Positions 13,501 to 27,598 are shown, counted from the whole stretch's first letter. The stretch is DNA of 62,833 bases, filler included, from Folioceros fuciformis (GCA_049999805.1; 5 parts of 4 records of this genome joined end to end with filler, not necessarily neighbours in it); one strand, 5' to 3'. Translations and numbers: made by a program. Notes: generated from the sequence alone by a model not told the origin.

Positions 13501-15196
13501 ACGGAAGAACAAGCCATAGTCAGTTCACAAGGTGCATTACTGCCTTGCACACCTCCTATAGGGGACATACAACAGCTTACATCCCTTCCACCCCTAAGTT
13601 CCACCAGGGCTGTTGCCAGTCCTTTCATCACATTGGAAGCCAAATCAAGCCTCATGCCAGGGGGCATCGTTGTACCTCTATCACTCGCAAGAAACGCAAG
13701 TACACAGCCAGACAAGAAGGTCGCTCACAAACCCAAAGAACTACACAACATATTCAGTCAATGCCTAGGCCCGCTCTGGGCATAGCTAGACCACACTACA
13801 GCTAGACGAGCCCCCTTCTTGATTAAATACAAGCTAGAAAGCCGACAGCTTCAAAATTCAATCAGAGTCTCCAACTATTCGGCATGATTTCCGTGAGCTG
13901 CCCGTAAAAATCATTGCGGCAACAAGGATTTTTACCATGGCTGCACTGGATACAAGCCCCATGCTTCTCCTTGCAGATAGCGCAAAGCAGCTTCCAACGC
14001 TCTTCTCTGACACCTTCGACATTCTTTATGGGCTCCATTGCCTCCATGCTTTGGATGTAGGTCTCCGGCACCCACTGGCAGCAGAACAAGTGCGCGAACC
14101 TGGGCTTCCCTGAACCTCTGGTGCTACCATTTGAGTCTGCTTCGGCGACTGGCTTGAGAGCACCCCCCCTCACAGGACAGAGAACGCAATCTGGCGGACT
14201 CGTCTGGACACTAGGAACGTCAGCATGCCATGCATCCGTGGCACTGGACTTTCTGTGGGAGACAGCCCTACGGGGGTGCTTGTTTTTGAAACTACACCAA
14301 GTGCAAATCCACTCGCCCTCTGGCACCACACGGATGCCATAGCAATCTTGGTGCGCGGCAACATCACATGAATCACAGAAGAGAATCTGATTCGCATGGT
14401 CACTATCCCCGCCATAACACACATGACAGAGCTCGTCGTCGTCATTTTCCGGGGGGGAAATCACGGTGGTCATCACCTTGGCGTCCGCCGAGCTCGACAC
14501 CTTTCTCTTCTTGCTCACGGGGCTGGCAGCAAGAATCTTCCTCTTAACCCGAGTGACGGACTGCTGGGCCAGCGCTTCCGAGGCCCTGTCCGCTTCCGCG
14601 CCATCCTCCCTCGCCCAGCTCTCCGCATAGTGGCCACCCAGCTGCGGGACTGCCAAACACGGGTCCCGCAAATGACCTTGGGGAGTCAAGCCCAGGTACG
14701 TAGGAGGCCGCAGGAGCCTCACATCCTGTAGGGTCACTGGCCGAAAGTAGTCCTCCATGTGTAGCCAGAAGATCCGCTCCCCGGTGGAAGAATCCTTGTC
14801 CCCGAAAACCTTCTGCTTGCTCCCGTCGCGGCCCCTGACCTGCGTCTTCTTGCCCCTGCTCCTCCTCTTGCCCTCGGCCCCGAGAGTCCCCTCCACCGGG
14901 GAAACGAACCCACCTGCACCCCCGCCATCCTCGTACTCCCCAACCACACCCCTGTCGGAAACCACCTCCAGCAGCTGGGAGTAAAGATCCCCCTGCCCAC
15001 CGACTACATCCCGATCCCAATCCCGATCCAAATCGTGCTCCTGCTCCGGATCCGGATCCTGATCCCGCTCCTGCTCATGATACCTGGCCAATTCCACGTA
15101 CTCGTCCCTGTCCACCCTCAGCCGCAGCTTCAGCTTCTGCGACTGCTGGGTCTGCGAGCCCTCTGCCACGGCCTCCTCTGTCTCGTTCAACGTCAT
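7563..15196 (-). CDS. PHD-finger chromatin protein with two PHD-Zn knuckle-PHD (PZP) modules, BRPF/Jade/Nto1-like; 16 exons
   Basis: Phase-consistent GT-AG exons: 15196-13936, 13196-13111, 12919-12143, 12008-11323, 11195-11083, 10979-10704, 10598-10012, 9922-9701, 9573-9520, 9311-9240, 8821-8678, 8530-8474, 8364-8305, 8205-8040, 7933-7827, 7718-7563. First module motifs: CHVC..NQILFCDSCDVAAHQDCYG..WICTWC, CVLCP..GGALK, HLFC..WVPE, CAIC..GACIQC..FHPLCA..FCLKH. A second module runs CNIC..CERC..VHQECYG to YCERH. The C-terminal LMT..EASMQNLRLPKGYAYVP matches the plant family as I recall it (Arabidopsis At1g77800-like). Confidence 0.9.
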
Positions 15197-16860
15197 CTCC
15201 TCTTACTCCGAGGAGTACCCGCGGGCCACAGGCCGGGCCACTGCAACTGTTGCCACTCACACACGGTGGCCAAGCCCTCCTTCACCATCCTAATCTGCCC
15301 TCCTCCCAGCCGTGCTATGGGACTGAACCGGCCGTGTCCAGGCACGCCGTCCCTCACATCTCATGCTCCTTCCCAGGGTTTGCTGATTGCTGCATACATG
15401 TGGGGCATGCGATTCCATGGCGGCAAACAACGAGAAACCCCGGCCGTGACACCTGCTTGCAACGGCCTCACCCAACGCTTCTTGCAAGCTCAGCTTAAGC
15501 CATGGCCGCCTCGCCGCCACCAAACCCTTGCCCAGCAAACCCTCGTCAGCTGCCCTTCCTGCTCCTTCTTCTGCTTCCGTTCTTGGGGTTTGGCAAATTA
15601 GGGCAGAAAGGTGGTGAGCAGGCCAGGAAAAAGTTGCCCTTGTAACTTCTTCGCCGTTTCCGCCGCCCGCTCCCCGATTTGAATGTTTGAAATTCGTTTC
15701 ACCGCGGCTCTCCACCAAAAAGGAATCGGGAGCCGCCCTCGTTTCGTCTTCCAAAACTCGGTACTCTCTCCCAACCATTGGCTTTATCTAGACTTTATCG
15801 CTACACCGATATGTTTATGCGACACGCACTCAAACGTCACAGCTCCCGCTCGGCCTTTAGTCCACTCACTACGTACGTATGCTAGGTGGAGCTGTACGAT
15901 ACTGCTGTACATACATGAAACATGACCTTGCCAGTGATTGTCCCACTCAGAGCTCGTGACGCCAGAGCTCGTGTGTCGGTTGTGCTTCACAACCGAACCC
16001 GCACTACACTCTGCTCTCGCTGTGTACCAGAGCAACTACCAATCTGTCATTGCCAGGCATTGTGCTGGCACTGTCCGTACGTGGGTTCTGGTAGGTGCGT
16101 CACACAATCGGGTGGCGTGGTGAGCTCCACCCCGCGTTACCACTGCTCCGGCTTTCGACACCTGTAGGGGCATCGCTCTTACTCCCGCCCCGTATCACCA
16201 TCGTTCTTCCTCCCGCTCCGTATCACAACGCTCGGCTCGAAGAACCACGAAGGGGCTTTAACTCATCATCTGCCAAGAACTCGAATGACAGAATTCAGTA
16301 TCAGAAAGCACAGCACTTGGAAACCCTTAACCCAAACCATACACGGCGGCAAAACGTGATCAGAAACCAGCCGAGCGGGTCATAAACAGAAATGGTACCT
16401 CCTCATGTCGTCCAACAACATGTCACAAAGACGAAGTTATAACAACAGAAGAGAGCACATGACTGCAAGACATGAACTGAATTCCCAGGTCTCCACAAAC
16501 AGTGCCATATTGTACGGGTGTAGCATACAGATCGAGGAATTCTTATCATCACACTGGAGACCAGACAGAAGTGACAAGAATGGGAAACGAGCAACGCACA
16601 CGAGATCACAGAAAGAATCAAAAGACCACAGACCAGTGTCCACACGACTCACACGTCTTCGACCAAGCGCTCAGATTGGGATATCAAATTTCTTCCATGC
16701 CGCAGCGTTCAGCACGAGGAATTTTTATCATCACCGCACTCAACACAGGCTATAGCAACATTGTCCACCAGGACGGCAAGCACACGAACCAAAAACTCCG
16801 CCACAACTAAAACCTAAACCTGAACAGGTCCAGCAGAAATGTCCCAACCTACCTCCGTGG

Positions 16861-17313
16861 CTAAGACGCTGCCGGACCGACAAGGACTCCTTGCGCGCTT
16901 CCCTCCTTCGGTGCGGCCGCATCAGAACTGTTACTGTCTGACGCGTCTCCTCTCCGGATTTTGATCTTGTATCTTGTCTCAAACTCCACAAGCTCCTTCC
17001 TCTTCTTCTCCAGAGCTTCGGCTAGTTTGCCGATCACCTCTTGCAACCCGTCCTTATTGTTCTGGACGGCGGGAATAACCTCTTCAACAGTTCTCTCCAC
17101 CAACACTCCGCCGATCATCCGAAAGCACTTCCTTTTCGCGTCCAGGGGCTTAATCGCGTTGATGACAAGCGTGTGCTCATTCAGCTCCAGCTCCATTTCA
17201 GAAATCTTCGCATACAGCTGGTTGAGCTCGGAGCGCAGAAGATTCCACTTCCCCACCACCGCCTGCTCATTCACTGCCTCCACATGGGACCTCTCGTCCC
17301 CGCCTTCCGCCAT
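16861..17313 (-). CDS. PFD2: Prefoldin subunit 2 (intronless, 150 aa)
   Basis: ELNQLYAKISEMELELNEHTLVINAIKPLDAKRKCFRMIGGVLVERTVEEVIPAV, plus the C-terminal KEGSAQGVLV typical of prefoldin 2. Confidence 0.95.
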   Translation of the reverse strand: MAEGGDERSHVEAVNEQAVVGKWNLLRSELNQLYAKISEMELELNEHTLVINAIKPLDAKRKCFRMIGGVLVERTVEEVIPAVQNNKDGLQEVIGKLAEALEKKRKELVEFETRYKIKIRRGDASDSNSSDAAAPKEGSAQGVLVGPAAS

Positions 17314-18239
17314 GCTCTAATGCGATAGACCCTCGACTACTACTACTATCCAACCCCTATGGCCTTTCCCTCCTCAGCGGCAGGGCGCGTACAAATTTCG
17401 TCCTTCAAGGATGAAATTTTTAAGAATGGTACGTGGTAATTGGGAAATGCATGGAATATGAGTACGATCAAGTATAGAATACCAATGCAGTCACGTTGGC
17501 TTTCACCAATACGGTCAAGTAGGAAATCCCAATACAGTCACGGCGGTGTACAGTCCAAATTTTGGGTGTAACACATATGCCCCCTTCGGTCCTAGGGCAT
17601 CCTTTAGGTGTCCCGATTCGGACAAATTCTCACATGTTCGGATCCGTTTCTTACTCAAAGTCATTGATTTCCTTTTTTTTTTTTTGTTATGGTTAGGGTT
17701 TGTGGTTCAGCATCTATCCTCCACATACAAGGTTCATAGTGGACCTCGTTGTTCAACATTCACCATTCTTGTCTTGTGTACACACATCTCTCTCGCCTCC
17801 ATGCACACCCCTAACTAGCCTCTTGTGTGCAAAACTATTTCACAGCCCATGGCATGGCAAGCTCGTCACATGTGCAGGGCTCCTCCTCGTCCTCCTTCCT
17901 TATGTCTTACTCCTAACTTATCACCCTTCGACACGAGATGCCCACGACGAACTGTGTTCAATATCGAGGAATACCGCACGGAGATGTCCCTCACCACTCA
18001 TTTTCCTATATTTTCACCCTGCCGGCCATTTACAATGCTATGTGTATAGTTGAAGGGGATGGTTTTGTCCATCTCCACAGCACACTGCTCTGAGGGTTTG
18101 AGGGATTTAGTTCAAGGGGATGCCCATTTGTTTATTTCCGTGTATCGCCACATAAGTGACTCCAAGTGGATCTCTACTACACCACATCCTCCTCACATGT
18201 GTCCTACTTTGAGATGTGCTTCTCAGCCAAAGAGAAGAG

Positions 18240-20393
18240 GAGAGTATCATCTGCGAATGCAGAGACCCTTAGCTGCGTTCCATCTAGGTTCGGAATACCC
18301 GCCACTGCTGGGTCTTGCTTGACTGCTCTGAGAAAGAAGTCAGACGATAATAAATAAGAATGGAGCAAGGGGGCAACCTTGACGTACCGACCGAGAGATA
18401 CTAAAGCGCTGCATAAAAGACCCATTAACAGCCACCGTGGCTCTTGCGTCTTCACACAAAATGGCTATCCATCTATAGAAATTGTTCCCAAACCCGAAGC
18501 TATGCAGACACCGCCATAGGAAATGCCACTCAACAGAATCATAAGCCTTGTAAAGGTCAAGGGAAATGAAAACGGCGGCTTTCTTCTGTACCTGAGTGTT
18601 GTACTTAGCTTCCCTCAGGAGTAGTAGGTTGTCCAGAATGCATCTATTTGCATCTATCTCACTGCTCTTTCTCAATCCAATCATCAAGAAAGGGTGTAAT
18701 TCGGTTGGCTAGTACCTTAGCAATCACCTTGTACATGGTAGTAACCAAGGTAATCGGGCGCTAATTGGAGATTGATAAGCTGACGTCTTGCTTAGGGAGC
18801 AGGGAGATAACCCCCATATTGAACCAACTCCCCATCCTACCTTCTTCCCAAAACATACTAACCGCTTCCATGAATAACGGTTGCATAAATTCCCACCCCC
18901 ACAGCAGGAACTCGGGAGGGATACCATCATGTCCCTGGAATTTATCCCTCGGCATCCCCTTCAAGGCCTGGAACACCTCGTCAGCTGTTATCGGCTTATC
19001 TAAAGCCTTGCGCTAGTCGTCAAACACTTTGGCCGAAAGCGCACCATATGAAGAAGACCAAAGCCATTCCCACCTTGCCACCTTCCCAACACTGGAAAAA
19101 ATGCCAACAAAAAAAAGGGTAATAAGAGTTTTTAAACCTTCGAGCGATTCTTGCACCATGCCTCACACGTCTGGGAGGGCAGGAATGCGCGTCCGATGCT
19201 GGTTAGGGGCCACCTTATTAAAGAAGAATTTAGAGGGGCCATTCCCCTCCCTCACCCACTTGACTTTGGCTCGCTTGAACCACCCTCTGGCCCTGTCTTC
19301 CTGCAACTTGGCCAAAGTGCACTACACCTCCGTTTTCCTAGCCTCTTCCGCACTTGTGAAATCCTGGTCCTCACAGCTCCTCTGTAACCAGCATAGTTCC
19401 TCCCTCAAAAAACATTCTTGCTGGCGTTGTTCTCGCGCACGTTGAACCCCTAGCCTCCTCAAATACCTAGTCGCCTCATTGTTAACACACATCAATTTGA
19501 CCACCGCATTTTCTTCCCCCTGTTCAACTCCCTGCCAGATGTTTTTAATATCTTCAAAGACACCTTTTTCCTTCAATAAGGATGTGTTCATCCTAAAATT
19601 TTGCATATGCCTCTTTGGGCACTCACCTTCCGGAGCAAGCCTCAAGTGCAAGCTAATAGAGTAGTGGTCGAATAGAATTGTACCAGCGAAAATACTGTAC
19701 GACTATATGAAGGCAAACCACCCTGAAGGTAAATAAAACTTGTCCAACTTGCGCGCTCCCAAATTCGCTTGTTGTAGATTGGACCAGCTGAACATCAAGG
19801 ACTGTGGTTGGCGATGGGCCGGGAGGGCCACCCAAGGATCCTGCACAGCCAGGACCATGTCTCTCAACTCTTGCCAAGATGAAGGCACTGCCCGTAAATC
19901 TACTGGGCTATTCCCTCGAATGTCCTCACGGCGTTCAACAAAATTGAAGTCGCCAGCCAGAATCCATGGGATCTGCTCATCAAGCTCATCCCGCAGCCTA
20001 CACCANNNNNNNNNNNNNNNNNNNNNNNNNNNNNNNNNNNNNNNNNNNNNNNNNNNNNNNNNNNNNNNNNNNNNNNNNNNNNNNNNNNNNNNNNNNNNNN
20101 NNNNNGGACTATAATGGACACGCCACCGTAGGTCGCTGAAACTCATTGAGAAGACCACTCTCCATCGCTTGGATACTTGCTCTAGCTGCTGCCCATTCTG
20201 TTCGACTAGGAAGAAAGATCTTCACTCTCTAGATTTGCTCCAGAGACAATTTGTGCTCTTGCAAGAGCACAACATCCCAAGTGACTTCCTCTTCTAGAAG
20301 ATTCTTTAGTCTTCTACACTTCGACGCTGTCTTCGACCACCCCCCAAACCCCTAACATTCCAGGAAATGATCCACAGGTAAGACCCCCTCTCA
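18240..20393 (-). pseudogene. LINE ORF2: APE-type endonuclease plus reverse transcriptase, fragmented
   Basis: Endonuclease motifs SWNVRG, VVLLQEHKL, WILAGDFN and RKLDKFY. RT motifs GHDGIPPEF, GVISLLPK, ISLDLYKAYDSVEW, SRSVRQGCPLAPFLF and SAFADDT. Multiple stops and frameshifts. Confidence 0.9.
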
Positions 20394-21036
20394 TAGTTCT
20401 TGAAAGTGTCAATACCCATTTAGCGAGATTCTTAATAGGAGCGGGCTTGGGCATCCTAGCCCCAGACACTGACCTGGGCCGCGCTAGATTATCCTTTGTT
20501 TTGAGCTCAAGGGACAATCTTTGAAGCCTTACAAACTTGCGAACAACGGGAGCAATCCTCCTGTCCTGGCCAACTAAAAGCCCCTCGACTTCACCCAATG
20601 CCATGTATGGACTCCATATCCTGTCTTTTGCCGAAGTCACCCAATGCCATGTATGGACTCCATATCCTGTCTTTTGCCGAAGGCTCGTCCAAGGACCACC
20701 TCCACTCTGGGGAAAGTTGCATATTGGGTCCAAAACCTTGTTTTAGCCGTATGTCGGCAAAAAGTTGACCATCCTTCTGGTCTATACCACTGAAGAATTC
20801 CACTGAAGAATTCCACCTCCTTTCCTTCCTTACCAACCGGAACCCCTCCGGCTGATAAGAATTCAAATATCCTTTCCTGTCCTATCAGTGTAATGATAAG
20901 GGGTAACTGCTCCCCCCGCCTCCTGTCATAACCAGTAAAGAATAAAGGTCCAAAACCTTTCTCGTAACCATTAGGTTAATCTCAAATTGTATGCCTTCTC
21001 AAATTGTATGCCTTTCCTCCTTGTTGTACCTTCCGC

Positions 21037-21530
21037 CTCAGCAAACAAGATACCTCCTGCACTCAGCAAACAAGATACCTCCTGCACTCAGCAAACAAGA
21101 TACCTCCTGCACTCAGCAAACAAGATACCTCCTGCACTCAGCAAACAAGATACCTCCTGCACTCAGCAAACAAGATACCTCCTGCACTCAGCAAACAAGA
21201 TACCTCCTGCACTCAGCAAACAAGATACCTCCTNNNNNNNNNNNNNNNNNNNNNNNNNNNNNNNNNNNNNNNNNNNNTTAATTAATTAANNNNNNNNNNN
21301 NNNNNNNNNNNNNNNNNNNNNNNNNNNNNNNNNCAGCAAACAAGATACCTCCTGCACTCAGCAAACAAGATACCTCCTGCACTCAGCAAACAAGATACCT
21401 CCTGCACTCAGCAAACAAGATACCTCCTGCACTCAGCAAACAAGATACCTCCTGCACTCAGCAAACAAGATACCTCCTGCACTCAGCAAACAAGATACCT
21501 CCTGCACTCAGCAAACAAGATACCTCCTGC
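21037..21530. repeat. 25-bp tandem repeat spanning a gap
   Basis: The perfect unit CAGCAAACAAGATACCTCCTGCACT occurs about 8 times on each side of the gap. Confidence 0.95.
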
Positions 21531-24500
21531 CCTAGAGGAGGATGCTCATCCCGTGCCTCCTCTAAGGGCAGGAAGAGGATGCTCATCCCGAGGATGCTCA
21601 TCCCGAGGATGCTCATCCCGTGCCTCCTTAACCTGCAACCTGCATCGAGGCCTTTTCCAAGGAATTTAACGGGACCTGCATCGAGGCCTTTTCCAAGGAA
21701 TTTAACGGGGATTTTTCAAGGAATTTAACGGGGATTTTCCAAGGAATTTAACGGGGAGTTACTGCCTTCATCCCCGGAGAAGAAGGCTTGTACTTCATGC
21801 CAGACAATATCGGTATCGGTATCCTCATCGTCCTCAGCACAAGGAGAGGAGAACAAGTCCTCCTCGGTATCCTCATCGTCCTCAGCACAAGGAGAGGAGA
21901 ACAAGTCCTCCTCGGAAACATACACCGCGTTATCTCTTTAGCCCGTTTTGTGGGGCTGGCACAATCCACCAAGGCTTTTCTGAGACACGCCGAACGTGTT
22001 CCCTCCATTCCAGACCCCGTTTCCACTCCATATCTGTGCCGTTTCCACTCCATATCTGTGTTGACCGCACACTGCCATAGGGACCTTCCCACGGAACCTA
22101 TTTCCACCCTTGGGCACTTCCCATGCGTTGACCGACTTTATTCAGCGCCTTCCTTCCTTTAGCCAAGGCAATCTGATCCTGGCGTTTAAGTCCTGCTGCC
22201 AGATCTTTCGAAACACGAGTCCTCTTCCCAGATCTTTCGAAACACGAGTCCTCTTCCCAACCGCCACCTCCATGCTCCTCTGTTTGTCTGTGGTCAAGTC
22301 AGATGTAGCCACTGTGTTCCAGGCAATGGACTTTCCAGCCAATATTACGCCTGACTCCACTGTTTCAGTAGGGCCGAGGCCCCCTCCAAGCCCGGGGGAC
22401 TGATGGCCTGGGGCAGACAGGTTGTGAAGTGCTGGGTCTCCCCGCGGAGACACAAGAGACTGAGTCCCATGAATCACTTTGGAAGGCTCCTTTCCCTCTA
22501 CTTCACCGACTGCTTGAGAGGGAAGGGCAAATCTTGACCCTTGATTCGAGCCCGCAGTAGCCATCCCATCACAGAACATCTGAGGACGTGGAACCGGCAG
22601 TTCAACAAGACCCATGCTGGCTCCTGGATTAGTCCCCGAGAGCGCGTTGAGTGTTCCCTCCAACTTCGAAGCCAGGGGCGTCCTTGTCAACTCAACGACC
22701 CGAAGAACATCAAACTGCCCGCTCTCCTCCACAGCAGCCGCCAGTTGCTCATAAGCAAGGTCTTCCATTGGACGACCCACCTTGGCTGCCTCAAGCCCGA
22801 AATCAGGAGCAGTTTTCTTGCCAGCGGCAGGGAGGTAAGCCAATGATCTCGCCTTCCCACCCTGTGAGTCCCCAGCTTGGCGGACTCCACCGTTGGAAAC
22901 TACCTTCTCGCCCGTTTCCCCTTGATCTGCCCATCCCCACTCAGCCGCGTATTTCGCCCACCTTTTGTCATCCTCCTTAGCGTCAGCGTCTGCCTTAGGG
23001 CTTGCTAGACGTCTCTCGCGATGCATGTCAGAAGGCAGCCTGTAGACCTCCTCCCCAGCCCGAAACTCGTCCAAGGGTGTGAAAGACCCGATTGCACTCT
23101 CGCCTTTAGAGGATCCAGAGCCTCCTCCTGGCCTCGGGGACTGTCGGCACGCTGGATCTCCAGCCCAATGGCGTCGTTCTCCATAAACACCTCGTCCTTC
23201 CTCACCTTAGGACGAGCATGCAACACTTCCCCCCACCTCGAATCCCCCGCGATTGGAATGCTCCGACATTCTCAAATACGGGGATTGTTGTTGTCAGTTG
23301 TCCCTGGAGTAAAAGACTCCTGTTGCACCCCTGGCACGTTCCCCAAGCTACCCCGTTCTTCCTCCGTGTTAGGATCCCTCTCAAGCGGCGCCAACGCCAT
23401 TACTTCCTCCTCCCCACCGAGTTGCCAGGATGGGCAACGGGAACCCATCACCAGGGGGCCAGTAAGCTAAGACTTCCCATCCTGAGCCGAGACGTTCTCC
23501 TGGGAGAGAAGTCCCGGCCTGTTCCTCGCATCCGGAGACGCCCTTTTGCCCGTGGTTTGAGCGTTCCACCTCTTTGCAGTTAGATCATCCCGAAAGCCTT
23601 CAGTTTGCCTGCCCCATCACCTCGGGACCTGCCATGAGCACATCTGCTGAATCCTCCTCCTGACCGATCACAACAACTTTCCCAGGAGCTGACACAGAAG
23701 GTGTCTTATGGCAGGAAGCGGGCACCCAAGTTTCCAAGTTGGCTTTGCTCTCTTGGACAGACACTGCCTGGTCACTTCCATCCCTGAGAACCGGCTGCGC
23801 GCCCACCTCCCCCAAGTCCAGTTGACGCCATCCTCCCACACCACATGGCCGCCTCAACAGATCCTCTCTACCTTCAACAGCCACCACAAGAGCCTCGTGT
23901 TCACGCAACATGTGGGTGCTGCCAGCCATCGGGGGCACCACCGACACTGCTTCGTCCGGGCAGGGTGGGAATCCAAACCTCGCTACCACGAGATCAGAAT
24001 GGTGAGTCGTCACGACCTGGGATAAGAAATCTTCTTGAGACCAGAAACCCGACTTGGATTGCACACCCGGTGACGCCCGACTACCTCTTGCCTGAGCGGT
24101 CCATCCCTTGGCTGTTGAATCACCCCAGCCACCTACAGACTTCCTGCCCTTCTCCTCATGACCCGCCTTTAGCTCATCTGCCGAATTCTCCTCCAGACGA
24201 TCCACGACCGTTCCCCCATGAGCTGACCCAGAAGGTGCCTTATGGTAGGGAGCGAGCACCAAGACGGCTGCTCCCGCTTCGCCATCTTGGACAAACTCCG
24301 CCTGAGGACTTCCGCCACTGAGAGCCGGTTCCACACCCACCTCTCCCCGGGCTGACTGAATACAGCCATCCATACCACTCGATCGCCTCGCAAGGACAGC
24401 TCTATCTTCGACAGCCACCATGTGTAGCTAAGCAGCACCAGGAGTCTTGTCCCTCAACTCCCCAACCCCCTCGTGGGCCTGCCCAACCGGAGACTGAAGG

Positions 24501-25929
24501 GCCCTCCTTGAGGATTCCAAGTCCTTGAGTCCTGCACCTAGGCACTGGGGTTGTGCAAGGAGAGACTTCAGGAGCTGACTGTTGCCTGAAATTGTCCTCG
24601 GCGATGCAGAGGGGATGCTCTGGAGCAATCCTGTAAGCACGCAGCCTGGATCGCAAGGAGCCAGCTCACTAAGCGGCCCATCATGCATGTTGCCTGCGAG
24701 TCTTTGCTGAGTAACGTTGTCGCACTGCCTGGGTCTGGCACCTGTCCCCAACTAGTGATCGTGAACAGCCTCTACTCTGGACCACGGGGGAACTTCCACC
24801 TGCCCTTGCTGATCCAAGTTTTCGTGAGGACCCGTGACCCACCTGGGCTGATCCAAGCTTCCTGTGCCTGTGCTTGTCTCCGACGATGCTGAGGGGAGGT
24901 TCTGGATCAATCCTGTAAGCCCGTGACCTGGATCACGAGGAATCAACTCGCCTACCGCCCAACACTTGTGTTACCTACATGTCTCTGCTGAGCGGTTGAG
25001 TCACACTGCCCCGATCTTGCCCCTATCACCAACCTGTGGTCTTGGGTAGCATCGTCTCTTAACTTCGAGGGAGCTTCCACCTGCTCTTGCAACTCCAGGC
25101 TATCTTGTGGACCCGAGACACTCTTGGACTCGCCAAACACCCTGAGCTGCACGACACTTCCACTTCCTGAAAGGGTTCTCCCCCATCAGGCCTATGGGGT
25201 CCTTTCTGGTCTAAGGCCGAGGATTGAAGCCGATTCAAGAGCTGTCCTTCCCCTTCCGCCGTACCACCTCGTTACATGTCACACCCATCGATGCCTCCAT
25301 ACTCCAGAATAAACCGGTTGTTTCCTCCTTCAGGAGTTTCTTTCCCTGAAGAAGGATGTGTGACGCCGCTAGGTGATTTAGCTCTCAACACACCAGTCAC
25401 CCCACCCAGGATGTGATGAGATAAGAACTGCCCAGGGGGGAGGACAACCGGTTTAGGGCCAGGCTCCCACTGCTCCTCTTGAGAAGAGGCACACCCCAGT
25501 TCCTCTTGCTCATCTCCCTGTTGAGAAGCAACCCGCTCCTTGCCTTCCTCGTTAAGAGGAGTATGCCAACTGTTTACCCCAACACTAGCCTTGGAGCTCG
25601 TCCCACCTTGATCTGAAAGCTCCCCTGGCTGTCCTGACTAATCACTCTGGTCACGTCCTTGCAGCAGGAAGAGTCACCAGTAACAAGGTCCTTGCAGGCG
25701 AAGGAAGTTCTGTCTAGCACCTTACGCAACCAAAGTTCACCTAATAGCTTGCCCGCCCATTCCTTTTGTATTGCACCCTCTGAGTGGATGTGAGGCACAG
25801 CCCGTCAGACTCAACACCTGAAAGGCGGTGCACCGAGAGTTGAGCAGAAAGGACATCCTTCTTTGTGGGGTCATGCTCCCGCTGTTCCCCCTAGTAAGAA
25901 CCGCGATCCCGACCCTCCTGCTTCTCGCC

Positions 25930-27598
25930 CTATTGAGCACACATCCGTTCCTTGCCCTCCTCGTCACCTGCAAGTTGAATCCCACGTAACAACTTGTCAA
26001 AAGTCCCACTTGCATCTTGGCTTTCTTTAGGAGGGTTGTTGAGCGTGTTTGTTGGTGCCAACCCTGCTCTCTTGGTACCCTCGTCTTTATCGAGATCCAC
26101 CTCCATAGGCTCAGCGCCGTCTGCTACCATGTCTTCTTCCCATCTGAGCTCCCATGTGCCTGGCAATTTTATAGAGATCGGGGCCGTGAGTAAGCCCAGA
26201 AAACCAAGATGAGCCTTGAAGACCACCCTGGATGCCAGTGTCACCCTGCCTTTGCCAAACTTCGCGTCTTTGATGTAAGACAACACCAATCTATGACACA
26301 CCATATTGTGCCTAGCCCCTTGAAGAAACATTATCCAGGTTTGTTCGTCTAACCCCAGCCCTGCCTGCAACATGACCCGCGTTCTCCGCTTAACGGTATC
26401 CCAGAAGGCAGGAAGTTGATGCCCCATCGCGGCCCCGAGCTGGAGGGAGCGCATAGGCAGGGTTCTGAGATCTCCCACCTTCGGCAGCCAATAGTAGAAA
26501 TCTTTACCCACCTTCTTCCTCATAAGAACACAGATTTTGATGTGCGTGCTGGTTGCATCTGCACTTCCCGAAAAAAAATCTTTCTGGAGTCGGCTTGCCC
26601 ACTGCTGCGTTCCGGAGTTGGGCCTCCAAGCTTTCTTGAGCACTCCTTGAAAGCCCGGCAGTGGGCCTGGATGAGCCTTCTCCGATTTGTCCTCTCCATT
26701 GCTAACTCTAGCTCGGAGGGGGCAAGAATGCTTAAGGTGACTTTTCAAGCCGCAAACACCGTACCTGACGAGTAGATCCGGGTAGTCGAATAGCTGCGTA
26801 AAACATCTATCTGGGTCCTCCGGATCGCGAACGATGACTCCTTCAGGCAAGTCCAGGAGGCTATCCACCCTAACACCAAACTGAGGGGGCCTGTCACTGT
26901 CAAAAAAATGCAAATCCACCTTGGGCACCTCCACCACTCGGCCTATAGTCCTCAAGATCTTGCGTATCATCGGAATGAGTTGCATAGGTAGGGCAGGAAG
27001 CCCCACCCAGAGAAACTGCCGCTTGATTTTCGACTGCATAATTGTGTTCCCTGGGGACTAGGCCTCCACCAGCACCAGGATGGAGCCTCGAAACGGCAGC
27101 GTTGTGTGTAAGATTGCCTACGCTCCCACTACCTCATCACACTTAATCTGAAAGGAGTCATCGGCCTTCAGGAACACATGCTGGAGGGCACCTCGATACT
27201 TGAGTCGCCCAAGTCTCCAACTCCTCCACGAAGAGGGGGCCACCAGACTGCAACCGCCCCACAACAGAGCTGGCAGCCAGTTTGTCTTCCTCCTGTTGAA
27301 AGTACCTCGCCTCAGTGAGAACATCAGCCAGAGGGCCTAGTTGGAGGCTTGGGCCCTCTTTTGCCGAAAGTGAGGCAACTGTTGGAGAAGCGTCCACCTG
27401 TGCCTGCTTGTGAGTATAATCCGCCTCAGTCGTCCATACCTGAGCATCTGTCTCAACTTCAGCTTTTGTCCGGCTAGCGTCAGATGGATTAGGATCTTTC
27501 CCCACCGCGCTTAGCCTCCTCGTATTCTGTTTACCAGAACACATGCCGACCATGGCCGCCCATGTGCCACCTGTTGAGCCCCCCCGTGGGAGGCTCAT
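25930..27598 (-). pseudogene. LINE ORF1-like (DUF4283-type region plus degenerate zinc knuckle)
   Basis: VVGRLQSGGP..ELETW, QFLWVGLPALPMQL..ILRTIGRVV and FDYPDLLVRYGVCGLKSHLKHSCP (decayed CX2CX4HX4C). The frame is broken near 27040-27160. Confidence 0.7.

Noticed and set aside
21278-21289. TTAATTAATTAA embedded in N runs (also near 39448, 52161 and 60035)
   Set aside because: Identical six-frame stop linker centred in the gaps; an assembly artefact, not biology.
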